Source: Chiloscyllium plagiosum | Taxonomy: Eukaryota | DNA length: 64,000 bases | Reading direction: 5' to 3' | NCBI RefSeq assembly: GCF_004010195.1 | Contig: NC_057735.1 | Location: 11,349,577-11,413,576, forward strand | In this document: piece by piece, positions 51,261 to 62,784 of the stretch | Numbering within the stretch: position 1 is the stretch's first letter | How the letters are laid out: each line of letters opens with the position of its first letter | Program-made: the position numbers and the translations under genes | Notes under the pieces: model-generated | What the model was told of the DNA's origin: nothing | Databases searched by the model: none | The model's input: only the letters and a program-made list of their open reading frames with translations

Positions 51261-51584
51261 CTGGATTGACTGGGCTAAGACAAGTGTATGGAACTTTAGG
51301 AGATGGTGTCACTGTTGAATGCCAGTATCAAGTGCCATATTACAAGAGCCATGGAAAATACCTGTGTAAGGGTTCAGAGAGGAAATCGTGTATTGTGATA
51401 GCTAGAACTCAAAAACAGAATGCAAACAGCAGTGGAAGGATATCAGCTGTGGATAACCAGAACAGTGGAGTGTTTGCAGTGACCATTACCCAATTAACGA
51501 TGGAGGATGAGGGACTCTACTGGTGTGGAATCACAATGTTTGGATATGACAGAATGGATCCTTTACAACTGAACATTTTTGAAC
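51261..51584 (+). CDS. Gene 2 Ig V domain D2 (CD300/pIgR-like)
   Basis: TACTAAC branch-point match at 51203-51209, acceptor tttattcttgcag, donor GAAC|gtaaga; 324 nt, phase 1-1. VTVECQY...KYLCKGSERKSC...EDEGLYWCG. Placed in gene 2 because no TM or leader exon was found between D1 and D2. Confidence 0.9.
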
Positions 51585-54500
51585 GTAAGATACATGTTGA
51601 ATTCTTCTTATAGAGTCAAAGAGATGTACAGCACGGAAACAGACCCTTCGGTCCAACTCATCCATGCCGATCAGAAATCCTAACCTGATCTAGTTCCATT
51701 TGCCAGTATTTGGCCCATATCCCTCTAAACCCTTTCTATTCATATACCCATCCAGATGCCTATTAAATGTTGGAATTGTCCCAGCCTCCACCACATCCTC
51801 TGGCAGCTCATTCCATACACGTACCACCCTCTGCTTGAAAAGGGTGCCACTGAAGTCCCTTTTATATCTTTCTCCTCTCACCCTGAAGCTATGCCCTCTC
51901 GTTCTGGACTCCCACCCCAGGGAAAAGACCTTGTCTGTTTACCCTATCTGTACCCCTCATAATTTTATAAACCTCTATAAGGTCACCGCTCAGCCTCCAA
52001 CACTCTAGGAAAGCAGTTTCTACATATGTAAAGTACTAGATATTCTGCTGAGAATAATGGTTGGAACAGATATTATTTGTTTGTAATTAATCTGTTGAGA
52101 TTTTGTGCCAGAAAATGGATCTACTGGGCTCTGTCTCAGTCACGAGCAAACACCATGTTCTGTCTAGTGAGTCAGGCATGACGTAGAAGCAGAGAAAGAG
52201 GCCAATGTTCTTCTCCCTACCCCAAGCCTTGGACCCGATAATGCTTTTCTTATCAGCAAAATCTAGGCAGGGTGTGTCCGGAATGCGTAAAATAGCTTCC
52301 CAAACATTACATGAGCTATATCTCCACAGAGACTAGCTGTTGATGCAATTTGAGTCTTATAACGCAATGACCGATGAGGAAAGTGCCCCAGTGGCACCAA
52401 AGTTCAAAAGGAGAACAAAAAGCCAAACTCATTTATTTCTTTATTAATAGTTTATAAGCTTTGACAGCAAGGTGAGTATTTATTTCCCATCTCACATTGC
52501 CCTTGCGAAGCTGGTAGTGAGACACTTCCCTGTAATGTGACAATCCGAATGGTATAGGTACACACACAGTGCCATTGGAGAAGGAATTTCAAAGGTTTGA
52601 TCCAGTGACAGTGAAGGAATTGTGATATAGTTTCAAGTCAGGATGGTGTGTGTTTTCAGTTAAGAGTCAATCATTTCATTGTAGGTCTGGACACATAGGT
52701 AGACCAGACCAAGTAAGGAGAGCAGATTTCTTGCCTAAAGGGATATTAGTGATGGGTTTTTACAACAAGGCTACCATTATGCTATCATCCTGACTTGGAA
52801 TTACATCCTCATTCCTTCGGTGTCACTGGGTCAAATCCTGGAGTTCCTTTCCTCCTGGCATTGTGGGTCAATTTACAGCACATGGATTGTCGCGGTTAAA
52901 AGTAGCAGCTCACACTACCTGCTCAAGAGGCTTAGGGCAATAAATACTGGCCAGCCAGCAACCTCCACATCGCACAAGTGAAAATGAAGACTGTAAAGAT
53001 TTCAGATTTCAATTCTTGCCGTTGTGGGATTGTGAAGCTATGTCTCCGGCATATCAGGCTTGGTGTCTGGATTATTAATCCAGCAATATTGGCACTACAT
53101 GAGCACCTCTCCAGTACCACAAAAATTGATTATCTTAAAGATAGAAAAAATGTCCCAAGGTTGTACAGAGGAGCGTAACCATATAAATGTTGGCAGCATA
53201 CAGATGCTGGAGTGTAATGTCGACACAACTAAAGTAGAAGCAGACTTTGTCACCAAGTTATATATTACAACAAGTGGCTACAGGTTTGATCAGAGGCAGA
53301 TTTGAAGGAGCATCTGCAAGGGAGAGAGAAAAGTGGAAGGTTTTAAGGGTAGGATTGTAGAGGGTAAGCTCTTGGCAGTTGAGGACACCATTGCCAAAGA
53401 TGGCGTGGGTATAGCTCTCAGATTTTAGGAAGGAATGAAGCACAATTGCCTGAGAGATGTTCTTTTAAGGCCACTGTTCAGATAACCTGTTAGGACAAAT
53501 GGGAACATTGCTTACCCTGTTTCATGTGCTGAATGTTTGACACGAAGATACTTGACAAGAGGAGAAGTATTTATTTCTACAATACCTCGCTGTAGTTAGA
53601 AGTGTCTCTGCTGATGTAAACAATCTGGCAGATGACTTTACTTCGCAGACTGGCTTAATTGCAATTTTGGACAATCTCATTTCCTTAACTTATCCTCCTC
53701 AAAATTACTTTAAAATGGCAAAATGATCAGTACTCTAGTTAGTTTGTAATCAATGTCATTTGGTGTGAATTTTACTAATACACTTGTCTCATATTTAGTA
53801 TCTAATATCGCTGGGTTCTTCACCCATGCCAGAAGTGTAGCAGAGTGGGATGCAGAGTGACAATGTCTGACTAATGATGTTTCTCCTAAATACTTTATTG
53901 CATTTTTTTCTGACGACCTTAGATTAATGGCCCTTATTTGTGGACTTTTCCACAAATGGAAATACTTTCTCCACTTTTATTTGATAAAACACCTTTGTAG
54001 TTTGAAAGAAAAATTTGAATTGAGTAAATATTTATGTTAAGTATAGAACAGACTGGGGATTTTTTTTAGCTGAAGGTTTAATACTTAAATTGAATTAATT
54101 TCCTTTAAAGTTCAAGCTAACAATCTTATCTATTTTGTCATTACGATCAGGTGTATGATAATGTATAACTGACATGAGGATGTAGGCATTGTCAGATCCT
54201 TATGGCTTTAATGTAATTTAGCATGAATTCTGCACAGGGAGTCATCACAATCAAATCTGCAATGATTTACAGCTAAATTGTTAATTAATTTGGCACCATT
54301 CGCATTTGTCGCTGACACTTTTCAACTGTTTGTTATTTGAAGGATCCACTGAAGTGTACATCAGACATGGTTTCTTCAGTTATCCTGAAGACTATAGAGT
54401 AAAAGTAAAATTCAATCTAAATCAAATGCAGGCACAACATTGCTGCAAACCAAATCAAGTATGAACAACATTATTTTTCCAAACTTCTTGCTGGTGATCC

Positions 54501-55347
54501 CACCATCAAAACAAAAATGATTTTGAAAAGCCGTATTCTCCTTTTTGAGAAATGTGGGCTTAACCACCACCTTCTCAAGAACAATTAAGGATGGACAACC
54601 ATAACACCCATATCCTGAGAAAGAATGAATAAAAATGAATATTTGCTCCACCCAATTTTATTTTTTGCTTTTAGTTAATAAATAAAATGTACAAACACAG
54701 GGAGAAATCATCCACTAGAGAAGACAAACTTGGAATGTCTCATAATCTGAGGAGCATCCCTGTGAATCACTATGCTAGCAGGCTGTCATAAAAATTCCAG
54801 CTGGTTATAATTGACATACCAAAGAGGACAAAGCACTGGTTTTAGTGATTTTGCAATATGACAGGAAATAGAAATAGGAGAAAGTGAGGACTGCAGATGC
54901 TGGTGATCAGAGTCAAAAAAGTGTGGCACTGGAAAAGCACAGCAAGTCAGACAGCATCCGAGGTTCAGGAAAGTCAACACTGCAGACATAAATCCTTCGT
55001 CAGGCACATTCCTAATGAATGGCTTATCCTTGAAACATCAACTCTCTTGCTCCTTGGATGCTGCCTGACCTGCTGTGATTTTCCAGTGCCACACTATTTG
55101 ACTCAGGAAATAGAAACAGATATATAACGAGCAATAATTTAATATCAGAATCTGAGCTGCGATAGCGCGTAAATAGGAGGCAATCTAATTTGATCTTATC
55201 AAAGTATAAAAGCAATGAAATACAATAAGCACTCAGAATGATCATCGACCTAATTTCAGTCAATCCACGCGCTTCACAAAAATGGTTCAGATGGTAGTCT
55301 CACTTAGATAAGAAAATGAATGAAAAAACCACAGACACCATATACCC

Positions 55348-55580
55348 CTTGGTTTAACTCAGCTGGCTGGACAGTTGGTTTGAGAAGCACTGTAATGCCA
55401 ACTGTTTGGGTTCAGTTGAGATGATTGCCAAACACCAGTTGAGATGATTGCCACGACGGTCTCTACTTTTGAACCTTTCCCCTCGCCTGAGGCCTCAGTT
55501 TAAATCACCATCAGTTGTCTCTGTCTCTCTCTGTAATGAAAGACCATCCCTCCAGTCAGGCAGGACTATGGCAACTTGAC
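55348..55580 (+). mobile_element. Second SINE family (tRNA-like head); reverse copies at 2610-2810, 4420-4560 and 25850-26052
   Basis: Shared cccctcgcctgagg...ttaaa(t/c)cacca core and gactatggcaactt 3' end across four dispersed copies. Confidence 0.6.
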
Positions 55581-55984
55581 TTGATACCAAACATGAGGGC
55601 CCCACAGGAAGTCAACTAACAGGGCACTGATACCTCAATTTGGAGAGAGGACACTACTGGGTAGACCAAGTACAGTTGCTAGAATAGTCAGAATTCACAA
55701 AAACTAAACAACAGGCTCTGAAAAACAATAGAGACAAAAATCTGTAGATGCTGGAACCCAAGGTAGACAAGCAGGAGACCGGAAGAACACAACAATCCAG
55801 GCAGCATCAGGAAGTGGAGGAGTCGACGTTTCAGGTATAATCCTTCTTCCAGACTTCAAAAAACAATAGGCATCCAACAAGTTAATTCCCTTCTGCCTGC
55901 TACTTGTTGTTAGATTAAACAACAGTGGGTAATGGGGGATCACGGTTCTTTCAAATACAAAGCTCAGGTACCCACTGGATTGGA

Positions 55985-57922
55985 ACAAACAACAAAGAAA
56001 ATTTACAGCCCACGAACAGGCCCTTCAGCCCTCCAAGCCTGGGCCGATCCAAATGTTACTGTCTAAATCTGTTGGTCAATTCCTAAGCATTGTATCCCTC
56101 TGCTCCCCATCTACTCATGCATCTGTCCAGACGCATCTTAAATGATTCTGGATTAGTGGTGCTGGAAGAGCACAGCAGTTCAGGCAGCATCCAAGGAGCA
56201 GCGAAATCGACGTTTCGGGCAAAAGCCCTTCATCTGGAATAAAGGCAGAGAGTCTGAAGCGTGGAGAATTAAGCTAGAGGAGGGTGGGGGTGGGGAGAAA
56301 GTAGCATAGAGTACAATAGGTGAGTGGGGGAGGGGATAAAGGTGATAGGTCAGGGAGGAGAGGGTGGAGTGGATAGGTGGAAAAGGAGATAGGCAGGTAG
56401 GACAAGTCCGGACAAGTCATGGGGACAGTGCTGAGCTTCCAGGCGTCTGGTGGTGAGGGAGCGTCGGTGGAGTAGGCCCAGCACCTCCATATCCTCGGTA
56501 GAGTGGGAGGGGGAGTTGAAATGTTGAGCCACTGGGCGATTTGGTTGATTGATGCGGGTGTCTCTGGGATGTTCCCTAAGGCGCTCTGCTAGGAGGCGCC
56601 CAGTCTCCCCGGTGTAGATGAGACCGCATCGGGAGCAACGGATACAATAAATGATATTAGTGGATGTGCAGGTAAAACTTTGATGGATGTGGAAGGCTCC
56701 TTTAGGGCCTTGGATAGAGGTGAGGGAGGAGGTGTGGGCGCAGGTTTTACAGTTCCTGCAGTGGCAGGGGAAAGTGCAGGATGGGAGGGTGGGTTGTAGG
56801 GGGGCGTGGACCTGACCAGGTAGGCACGGAGGGAATGGTTTTTGCGGAAGGCGGAAAGGGGTGGGGAGGGAAATATATCCCTGGTGCTGGGGTCTGTTTG
56901 GAGGTGGCGGAAATGTCGACGGATGATTTGGTTTATGCGAAGGTTGGTAGCGTGGAAGGTAAGCACCAGGGGTGTTCTGTCCTTGTTACTGTTGGAGGGG
57001 TGGGGTCTGAGGGCGGAGGTGCGGGATGTGGACGAGATGCATTGGAGGGCATCTTTAACCATGTGGGAAGGGTCTCTAAAGAAGGAGGCCATCTGGTGTG
57101 TTCTGTGGTGGAACTGGTCCTCCTGGGAGCAGATATGGCGGAGGCAGAGGAATTGGGAATACAGGATGGCATTTTTGCAGGAGGTAGTGTGGGAAGAGAT
57201 GTAATCCAGGTAGCTGTAGGAGTCAGTGGGTTTGTAAAAAATGTCAGTGTCAAGTCGGTCGTCATTAATGGAGATAGAGAGGTCCAGGAAGGGGACGGAG
57301 CGTCTACCACCTCTGCTGGCAATGCATTCCAAATGCCCACCACCCTCTGTGTGAAGTACTTGCCGCGTGTATCCCCCTTAAACCTTCCATCTATCACCGT
57401 GAAAGTATGACCTCTCGTTATTGAATCCTTACCCTGGGAAAAGGCTTGTCTCTATCCACCCTGTCTATACCCTTTATGACTTTGTAAACCTCAATCAGGT
57501 CTGCCCTCAATCTCCTTTTTTCTAGTGAAAATAAACCGAATCTACTCAACCTCTCGTCATTGCTAGCACCTTCCATACCAAGCAACATCCTCGTAAACCT
57601 TCTCTGCACCCGCTCCAAAGCATCCACATCCTTTTGGTAATGTGGCGACCAGAACTGTACACAGTATTCTAAATGCGGCCGAACCAATGTCTTGTACAAT
57701 TTTAACATGACCTGCCAGCTCTTATACTCAATACCCCGTCCGATGAAGGCAAACATACTATATGCCTTCTTGACCACTCTATCCACCTGTGCAGCAACCT
57801 TCAGGGTACAATGGACCTGCACTTCCAGATCTCTCTGCTCATCAACTTTTCCCAAGGCTCTTCCATTCATTGTATAATTCGCTCTATAATTAGACTTGCC
57901 TAAATGCATCATCTCGCATTTG
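55985..57922 (-). mobile_element. CR1 3' fragment split by the Penelope insertion
   Basis: ORF 57418-57912 has KLYKTLVRPHLEYCVQFWSP. The 3' UTR and tail are at 55985-56144. Confidence 0.9.
56145..57295 (-). mobile_element. Penelope-like element fragment (RT C-terminal region, GIY-YIG and terminus) inserted in a CR1
   Basis: ORF 56589-57332 contains FLDLSISI...DIFYKPTD...YLDYISSH...KNAILYSQFL...ICS (PLE RT C-terminus). ORF 56350-56532 contains HFNSPSHS. Confidence 0.85.
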
Positions 57923-57999
57923 GACTAGATGTTGTGTATGGGAAATCTGTAGCTGGAGATCTGCTATTCCACTGTTATTATCTGTTACTGTTTTTACAG

Positions 58000-58060
58000 C
58001 TCTTACAACAACAGCACTGCCTGAAGAATCTCAGATAGGAATGGGCTTCAAAAATGAAAG
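58000..58060 (+). CDS. Gene 2 stalk exon (PLTTTALPEESQIGMGFKNE)
   Basis: Acceptor tgttactgtttttacag and donor GAAAG|gtatct; 61 nt, phase 1-2 as expected before a TM exon; Thr/Pro-rich start; lies in unique sequence between repeats. Confidence 0.7.
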
Positions 58061-59263
58061 GTATCTTTATGAATCAATAAATAAGTGAATAAAGTTAATA
58101 TTGTTTCAATATTTACAGAAGAGCTTTGATATTCTATACTGATGTTATGCTGTTCTAACATAAATGCAATAACTAGCTATTCCTTTTTCACATTGGTTAG
58201 ATCTTCACAGAAAATGCCTCTTGACACCCTCAAAACAGAGCAGAAGTGTGTACTGCAGATGCTGGAGATTAGAGGCAAGGTTAAAGTGGTGCTGGAAAAG
58301 CACAGCAGGTCAGGCAGCATCCGAGGAACAGGAAAATAGATGTTTTTGGCAAAAGCCTGATGAAGGGCTTTAGCACAAAACCTCGATTTTCCTGCTCCTC
58401 GGATGTTGCCTGATCAGCTGTGCTTTTCCAGCACCACTCTAATCTTGACCCTCAAAATAGAGCAGAAATGGGATTGAGGAATGCCGGAATTGGCAGGGGA
58501 GACGGGCAATAAGTACTGCAAAACTAACAGGATTTAGTTTTGACGAGGATCTGCCATTGTAATACACTGCGTTTGTTCAGTATCCTGCTGTCTTACAATG
58601 CACAATCTAAGTTGATAACACAACATCAGGAGGAGTCCATTCAATCTGCCAAGCCTCCTCCACCTTTCAATTAGATCATAGCTGGTCATCTATCACAACT
58701 CTCCTTTCATGCATTATCTCCATATCCCTTCATGTCATGATTTTCCAAAAACTCATTGCCTTTTATCTTGAACTTTCTCAATGATTGATTTTCCCTACTC
58801 TTCAAAGTTGAGGATTCCAAAGATTTAGTGCCCTCAAAGTGGAAAAAATTCCTCCTCTTGTCAGTCTCAAATGGCCTATTTGTTATCCTGAGATTATGCC
58901 CCCTAGTTTTAGACCCACCAACCAGGGGAAAAACTTTTTCAACATCCACCCTATCTGCCATGGAAAAACTTTGTAAAGTAACTAAGTTGGTAGGTTTTGC
59001 TTCAAGCCTCGCATACTCAAATATTCAGCGGTTTCCCCAATGTTAATTTCCTTTTGATGATTTAATATGCTGTGGCTTCCGCTAGGTTGAAACTGTAACA
59101 CTGAAGTCTATTTTCAGATTGTGGTTTGAAAGAGACAACTTTGTAACCGCAGATTTTCCTTTGCACCCCGCTGTCAACATAAATCTGACCCTTACCTTCC
59201 TTTTCAAATCAGATAAACTTTTGAAATGTTATCCTAGGTAACTGATGAAGAAGCCTAAGGGTT

Positions 59264-59483
59264 TTAGATTAGATTAGATTAGATTACGTTACAGTGTGGA
59301 AACAGGCCCTTCGGCCCAACAAGTCCACACCGACCCGCCGAAGCGAAACCCACCCATACCCCTACATTTACCCGTTACCTAACACTACGGGCAATTTAGC
59401 ATGGCCAATTCACCTGACCCTGCACATCTTTGTGACTGTGGGAGGAAACCGGAGCACCCGGAGGAAACCCACGCAGACACGGG
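59264..59483 (-). mobile_element. 5'-truncated HE1-type V-SINE
   Basis: (GATTA)n tail followed by sequence nearly identical to the reverse complement of 19205-19414. Confidence 0.88.
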
Positions 59484-59734
59484 TTTTAAGTCTGCGTCAG
59501 TACCATTATACACCACAATAACAAGTTCCGCTTTTTACAAATATTTCTCCAATTGGCACTTAACGCATGGAATGTCATAGAGGTGCAGCCAAAAGTTTGA
59601 TCTTCATCTGCGAGTGATGGACTTTAACTTTTTTTTCAAAGCTAAAGATTCCAGAATCCCCATTTAAAAATTAGCTGTTGGTTATGCTTCAAGCAGGGGA
59701 AATTGGCTCCCTTTTTAACCAACTCAATGGAAAA

Positions 59735-60560
59735 TAGAGTCATAGAGGTGTACAGCACAGAAACAAACCCTTCAGTCCAAATTGTCCATGCTGACCAGAT
59801 ATCCCAACCCAATCTAGTCCCACCTGCCAGCACCCAGCCCATATCCTTCTAAACCCTTCCTATTCATATACCCGTCCAGAAGCCTTTTAAATGTTGCAAT
59901 TGTACCAGCCTCCAACACTTCCTCTGGCAGCCCATTCCACAAGCGCACCACCGTCTATGTGAAAAAGTTGCTCCTTAGGTCCCTTTTATATCTTTCCCTT
60001 CTCACCCTAATCCTATGCCCTCTAGTTCTGGACTCCCCCATCCCAGGGAAAAAGCCTTGTTTATTTATCCTATCCATGCCCCTCATGATTTTATAACCCT
60101 TTATAAGGTCACCTCTCAGCCTCCAACACTCCGGGGAAAACACTCCCAGCATGTTCAGCCTCTCCCTATAGCTAAAATACTCCAACTCTGGCAACATCCT
60201 TGTAATTCTTTTCTGAACCCTTTCAATTTCATAGCATCCTTCCGATAGGAAGGAGACCAGAATTGCACACAATATTCCAAAAGTGGGCCAACCAATGTCC
60301 TGTACAACCACAATATGACCTCCCAACTTCTGTACTCAATACTCTAATCAATACAGGAAAGCATACCAAACACCTTCTTCACTATCCTATCTACTTGTGA
60401 CTCTACTTTCAAGGAGCTATAAGCCTGCACTCCAAGGTCTCTTTGTTCAGCAACACTCCCTAGGACCTTACCATTAAGTGTATAAGTCCCACCAAGATTT
60501 GCTTTCCCAAAATGCAGGTTCTCGCATTTATCTAAATTAAACTCCATCTACCACTCCTCA
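59735..60560 (-). mobile_element. CR1 3' fragment
   Basis: ORFs 60344-60547 and 59955-60326; ctatgactcta tail. Similar fragments at 33440-33770, 38795-39280, 40980-41265, 42935-43490, 51610-52010 and 58620-58960 (all -), and 535-640, 26065-26352 and 39285-39470 (+). Confidence 0.88.
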
Positions 60561-60844
60561 AAGATAATGTTATTGAACAATTATAAAGGACTTTTTTTTA
60601 ACAAGAGGGGAGAGGCAGTTGGGCTGGTCCCCCCATTGCCACTTCTCAACTGATGAAGACAGATGCATTTTAAAACAAAACTTGTGTTTGTTTTACCCTG
60701 AGTGCTGTAGCCATCAAAAACTGTCACAGGTTTTCTTGTAAGTTTTGAAAAAGATAAATGTTTATTCTTCAGCAGCTGAATATATCTGCAAAAAAAAAAC
60801 CCATTCTCTCACTTATACACAACAGGCGTTCATTCAAGAATATC

Positions 60845-62570
60845 CCTGGGTCCTGATCAGATGTTTCCCAGAACTTTATGAGAAGCTACGGAAGTGATTG
60901 CTGGGCCCCTTGCTGAGATATTTGTATCACCGATAGCCACAGGTGACATGCCAGAAGAATGGAGATTGGCTAACATTATGCCATTATATAAGAAAGGCTG
61001 GAAGGAAAAGCCAGAGAAATATAGGCCAGTGAGCTTTATGTTAGTGTTGTTGAAGGAGTTGTTGAAGGAGATTCTAAAGGATAGGATTTACATGCATTTG
61101 GAAAGGCAAGGGCTAATTAGGGATAGTCATCATATCTTTGTGTGTGGGGAATCATGTCTCATTAAATTGATTGAGTTTTTTGAAGAGGTAACAAAGAAAT
61201 TGATGAAGGCAGAGTGCTAGACATAGTCTATATGGACTTCAGCAAAGTGACTGACAAGGGTCCACATGGTAGACTAGTTAGTAAGGTTAGATCACATGGG
61301 ATCCAGGGGAGCGAGGCAATTAAATCAAAATTTACTTGAAGGTAGGAGACAGCAGGTGGTGGTAAAGGATTGTTTTTCAAACTGGAGGCCTGTAACCAGC
61401 AGTGTGCCACAAGAATCAGTGGGCTTTTCATCATTTATATAAATAATTTGGATGAGAAAATGGGGTGTGAATATATGAACATGGTTACTAAGTTTGCAAA
61501 TGACACCATATTAAGTGGCATTGTTGACAACAAAGAAGATTACCTCAAAGTACGACTGGACCTTGATCATATGAGCCAGAGAGTGGCCGACAGAGATTAA
61601 TTTAAATAAATGCAAGGTGCTACACTTTAGTAAGGCAAACCAAGGCAGGACTTATAAAGTTAATGGTAGGGCCCTGCTGAATAAGGAGGCCTAGGGGTGC
61701 AGGTGCATAGATCCTTGAAAGTGAGTTGCAGGTAAATAGGGTGTGAAGAAGGTGTTTGACACACTTTCCTTCAATGGTCAGAAGACTGAGTTTAGGAGTT
61801 GGGATGTCATGTTGCAGCTGTACAGGACATTGGTGAAGCTGCTTTGGGAAAATTGCATACAATTCTGGTTGCCCTTCTAGAGTAAAAGATGTTATTAGAC
61901 TTGAGAGGGTGCACAAACGATTTACAAGGATGTTGCCGGGTTTGAAGGGTTTGAGTTATAGGAAGCAGCTGAATTGGCTAGGGTGATTTTCCTGGAGCAT
62001 TGAAGACTGAGGGATGACCTTAGAGTCATAGAGCCATAGAAATGTATAGCACGGACACAGACCCTTCGGTCCAACCCATCCATGCTGACCCAGATATCCC
62101 AATCCAATCTAGTCCCACCTGCCAGCACCCAGCCCATATCCCTCCAAACCCTTCCTATTCATATACCAATCCAGATGCCTTGTAAATGTTGCGATTGTAC
62201 CAGCTTCCACCACTTCCTCTGGCAGCTCATGAGGGTATGGACAGGGTGAATAGACAAGGACTTTTTTCCCAGGGCAGGAGAAAAAAAACAAGAGGGCATA
62301 GGTTTAATATGAGAAGGGAAAGATTTAAAAAGGACCTGAGGGGCAACTTTTTCATGCAGAAGGTGGTGCGTATATGGAACAAGCTACCAGAGAGAGTGGT
62401 GGAGGCTGGTACAAGTACAATATTTAAAGGCATCTGAATGGCTACATGAATAGGAAGGGTTTAGAGGGATATGGGCCACAATCTAGCAAATGATCAGATT
62501 GGGTTGTCTGGTCAGCAGGGACGAGTTGGACGAACGTAACTGTTTCCATGCTGCATGACTCTATGATTCC
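60845..62570 (+). mobile_element. Degenerate CR1 RT and 3' end, with an inverted CR1 3' piece (62020-62230) nested inside
   Basis: ORFs 60894-61220 and 61370-61600 (KFANDT); CR1 sequence resumes at ~62229. Confidence 0.88.
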
Positions 62571-62784
62571 ATAAAAGATTTGACGAGACAAGGTAGATGC
62601 ATTTACGTCTTAACAGCCTGAGGTCTCCATATCACTTGCTTTTCCCAAGATCAAGACTTCAAACGTTGCATGCATATGATTTCTTTCTGGTCTGCTGAAG
62701 AATGGAGTCAGGAGATTTAGGAAGACTAATTCATTGTGGGCTAATGCTTGCAGTACCTGCTTTCTCTTGCTCCATCCCAAGGGT

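Noticed and set aside
40628-51584. Assigning the gene symbol PIGR or CD300LF
   Set aside because: Orthology cannot be established by eye in this fast-evolving family, so symbols were left empty.
59118-59237. Open 120-nt phase 2-2 segment after the gene 2 stalk, with ttttcag acceptor and TAG|gtaact donor
   Set aside because: The peptide (LWFERDNFVTADFPLHPAVNINLTLTFLFKSDKLLKCYP) is neither TM-like nor stalk-like. It cannot be supported without transcripts, though it is not excluded.
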